Shown in pieces: positions 18,103 through 20,000 of a stretch of 20,000 bases of DNA. The stretch is from Bdellovibrionales bacterium RIFOXYD12_FULL_39_22 (GTDB lineage: Bacteria > Bdellovibrionota > Bacteriovoracia > Bacteriovoracales > Bacteriovoracaceae), in NCBI GenBank assembly GCA_001770205.1, contig MEQL01000054.1, positions 58,236-78,235 of the forward strand. Direction: 5' to 3'. Within the stretch, counting starts at the first letter, position 1. Each line of letters starts with the position of its first letter. The notes under the pieces were generated by a model. That model was not told the DNA's origin. It did not search any database and worked only from the letters and a program-made list of their open reading frames with translations. The translations under genes and the position numbers were made by a program.

Positions 18103-18754
18103 AACCCGTCTCACTCGCCTTTTGGAAAATGGTATTGATCCATAAACTATTTTTTCTTTCAGCTCTTAAATCGGCAGAGTTCCAAGTTTTTATGAATATT
18201 ATTTTAGGAATAGATGATAAAATATGTATAAGCTTCTCTTGATTATAGGACAAAAACAGTCTGTCTTTGCCCTTTTCTTCGTCCCACTTCTCTTTCAATG
18301 ATAGATAAAAAACACCTTTCGGCCTTAGTGAATTCATTAATGAACAAATCACCTCGGCAATTTGTTTTTCTGTCAAATGAACTAAGGAAGCATTGGCCCA
18401 GATACCATCAAAACGCTCTGGCCAATGAACTTTCTCAAAAGGCATGTTAATAATTTGATCCGCTGATGCCTTTGAGTTGGTGCGGGCCAATTGACACATT
18501 GCCACTGAAGCATCCACCCCGATTACTCTATACCCTCTGGCACTAAAGGCCATAAAATCTCGGCCCGCACCACAACCAACATCCAAGATACTGGCCCCTT
18601 TAGGAAGATACTGAAGAAATTCATCGTAAAGATGAAAGAGATCTAAATTAACAGTCTCCTGATGATATGCTTTTGCATTTGCATCGTAATATGCAATTAT
18701 TTTTTTTAATTTACCTAATTGCTCTAATTGCCCTGATTGATCATCTTTTGACAT
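18095..18754 (-). CDS. Class I SAM-dependent methyltransferase
   Basis: ILDVGCGAGRD motif I, VIGVDAS, FDGIWANASLVHL and LRPKGVFYLS. Confidence 0.9.
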   Translation of the reverse strand: MSKDDQSGQLEQLGKLKKIIAYYDANAKAYHQETVNLDLFHLYDEFLQYLPKGASILDVGCGAGRDFMAFSARGYRVIGVDASVAMCQLARTNSKASADQIINMPFEKVHWPERFDGIWANASLVHLTEKQIAEVICSLMNSLRPKGVFYLSLKEKWDEEKGKDRLFLSYNQEKLIHILSSIPKIIFIKTWNSADLRAERKNSLWINTIFQKASETGYE

Positions 18755-19215
18755 TTTCTTATACTTAGAAGAAGTTCATTATCCTGCTCTAGGATCATTG
18801 GTCGAATTTTTTCCACCAATGCCGCGTCTGTTTTTAAAATACGCACCAGACGACAAAGTAGTTCATGGCTCTCTTCTTTGTGCACTTTATTCCATCCATA
18901 AACATTGTATTTTGTTTCATAAAAAAGTTTATAGAGATGTTCTTTGTAGTGCAACTCCACGATCTCTCCAGTGTGATTGACCAACTCATCTCCCAAAGCA
19001 TTTTTGTGGATAGAAAAATCCCAGGTCAGTTTATCACCACTACCAAGATCCATTGTGCCTTCATAGGTTCTAATGGCAAATCCCTTCTGTGATATTTTGA
19101 CTAGTCGGCCAGTACGTGACCCCTTGGAATAGCCGAAATTTAAAACCAAATAAGCTGCGGCCACAACCAATATTAGTAAAAAAACAAAAAAGGAAAACAC
19201 TTTTTTCTTTGTCAC
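18724..19215 (-). CDS. Hypothetical membrane-anchored protein (YSxGxRxGxLxKxSxKG...TYEG family)
   Basis: One N-terminal TM helix followed by YSKGSRTGRLVKISQKG...TYEG. Likely GTG start at 19215 after the SD GAGAGG. Confidence 0.75.
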   Translation of the reverse strand: MTKKKVFSFFVFLLILVVAAAYLVLNFGYSKGSRTGRLVKISQKGFAIRTYEGTMDLGSGDKLTWDFSIHKNALGDELVNHTGEIVELHYKEHLYKLFYETKYNVYGWNKVHKEESHELLCRLVRILKTDAALVEKIRPMILEQDNELLLSIRKCQKMINQGN

Positions 19216-19414
19216 GATACAACCTCTCTCGATAAACATCTAACTAGTCTTGATAATTTGTAAGAGATAAATGATCAGAACATTCTTAGATAAAAAACAC
19301 TATAAAACAACAAAAAATGCCAGCAAAGCTAGACTGCCATTAAGCACGGAGATGTGTGAATATTAAAAATAATAAAATTTTTTATACTTTATCAAGACTC
19401 TTTTATTAAAAAGT

Positions 19415-19443
19415 TTGACAGATACTTTTCACTCTATTAATCT
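19415..19443 (+). promoter_or_regulatory. sigma70 promoter for tRNA-Val
   Basis: TTGACA (19415-19420), 17-nt spacer, TAATCT (19438-19443), preceded by an AT-rich tract and 25 nt upstream of the tRNA. Confidence 0.7.
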
Positions 19444-19468
19444 CTGCAAACAATCTTAAATCGGTTTT

Positions 19469-19544
19469 GGGCGTTTAGCTCAGCTGGGAGAGCGCTACCC
19501 TTACAAGGTAGATGTCGGGGGTTCGATCCCCTCAACGCCCACCA
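19469..19544 (+). tRNA. tRNA-Val (anticodon TAC)
   Basis: Acceptor stem GGGCGTT/AACGCCC, D arm GCTC-AGCTGGGA-GAGC, anticodon arm CTACC-CTTACAA-GGTAG, T arm GGGGG-TTCGATC-CCCTC, encoded ACCA end, 76 nt. Confidence 0.98.
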
Positions 19545-19890
19545 AATCTGATGCTGGTCGAACCAGCGTTACTTAAAAAGCCGTCGAGGCAGACTTCTAA
19601 CCCGGCGGCTTTTTTTATTTCAGCAATCCTTTCTCCACCTTCAACACCTTTCACAGATGCATCCAGTGGCCTTCCAAGTTTACGAAAAGGGAGTACGACT
19701 CCAGACTGTTTTCTATGGGCATTTCGTAATGCTTCTGATTGTCGCTCTGAGCCCCAAACATCAACCATGATCACGTTATCGGGGTTCAAATGGATGGATT
19801 TTATAACATTTCGCACAATCTCTCGTTTCTTTGAGAGGTTTGTACCCTTGCGGTGAACCTGCTTAACTTTTTAAACTTTTTGAGTATTTC
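19532..19890 (-). pseudogene. Possible C-terminal remnant of a large serine recombinase reading into the tRNA 3' end
   Basis: One frame is open from about 19870 to 19532: KVKQVHRKGTNLSKKREIVRNVIKSIHLNPDNVIMVDVW...GSTSIRFGGR*. The resemblance to recombinase C-termini is from pattern recognition only. Confidence 0.35.
19575..19617 (+). terminator. Rho-independent terminator downstream of tRNA-Val (possibly bidirectional)
   Basis: AAAAAGCCGTCG ... CGGCGGCTTTTTTT stem with one G-U pair and a U tract. A second small hairpin, GCTGGT-CGA-ACCAGC, lies at 19553-19567. Confidence 0.75.
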
Positions 19891-19936
19891 CTAGAATTTT
19901 AAAATAGTGGCATTGTTTTTTCTTGAGAATAATTCC

Positions 19937-20000
19937 ATGGTAAAAATAATTCTGGGTTTTTCGCTACTTCTTCTTTGTTCTGCTGTACCCATACCAGATA
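19937..20000 (+). CDS. Possible start of an exported protein (partial)
   Basis: MVKIILGFSLLLLCSAVPIPD... is signal-peptide-like. Only 21 codons are visible and the SD is weak. Confidence 0.3.
   Translation, partial: MVKIILGFSLLLLCSAVPIPD

Noticed and set aside
18724..19215. Dehydrogenase label that, from memory, is sometimes attached to similar proteins
   Set aside because: Too short, membrane-anchored and without a Rossmann motif.
19813..19845. Minus-strand hairpin GTACAA-AC-CTCTC/GAGAG-A-TTGTGC, superficially like a c-di-GMP-I riboswitch
   Set aside because: Lacks the GGCAAAC...GAAA...GACGCAAA consensus and the second stem. An Infernal/Rfam scan would settle it.
19512..19856. 114-aa plus-strand ORF
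   Set aside because: Starts inside the tRNA and runs through the terminator.
1..20000. CRISPR array, rRNA, intact transposase or integrase, phage or defence genes
   Set aside because: No repeat-spacer periodicity or diagnostic motifs seen. The methyltransferase resembles small-molecule class I enzymes and lacks DNA MTase motifs such as DPPY/NPPY or PCQ.

Overview
AT-rich bacterial chromosome segment (roughly 35-40% GC by eye). The gene content and a STAS/Zn-ribbon protein suggest Bdellovibrionota/Oligoflexia, which is inference only. Left to right: a leftward TPR - stand-alone receiver - membrane sensor operon; icd-gltA; a leftward GAF/HD-GYP - exported coiled-coil protein - lipA - lipB run; a divergent operon of GH3-family ligase, exported alpha/beta hydrolase and enolase-superfamily (MLE subgroup) enzyme; a ferritin-like protein; scoA-scoB-isovaleryl-CoA dehydrogenase; a membrane protein - methyltransferase - STAS/Zn-ribbon - hybrid kinase operon; and tRNA-Val(TAC) with promoter and terminator, followed by a possible recombinase relic. 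The best candidate for an undescribed system is the GH3/hydrolase/enolase operon, whose enolase has an atypical active site. Also notable are a strong window-wide excess of GGCC and an (ATGAAA)x5 start-codon repeat.
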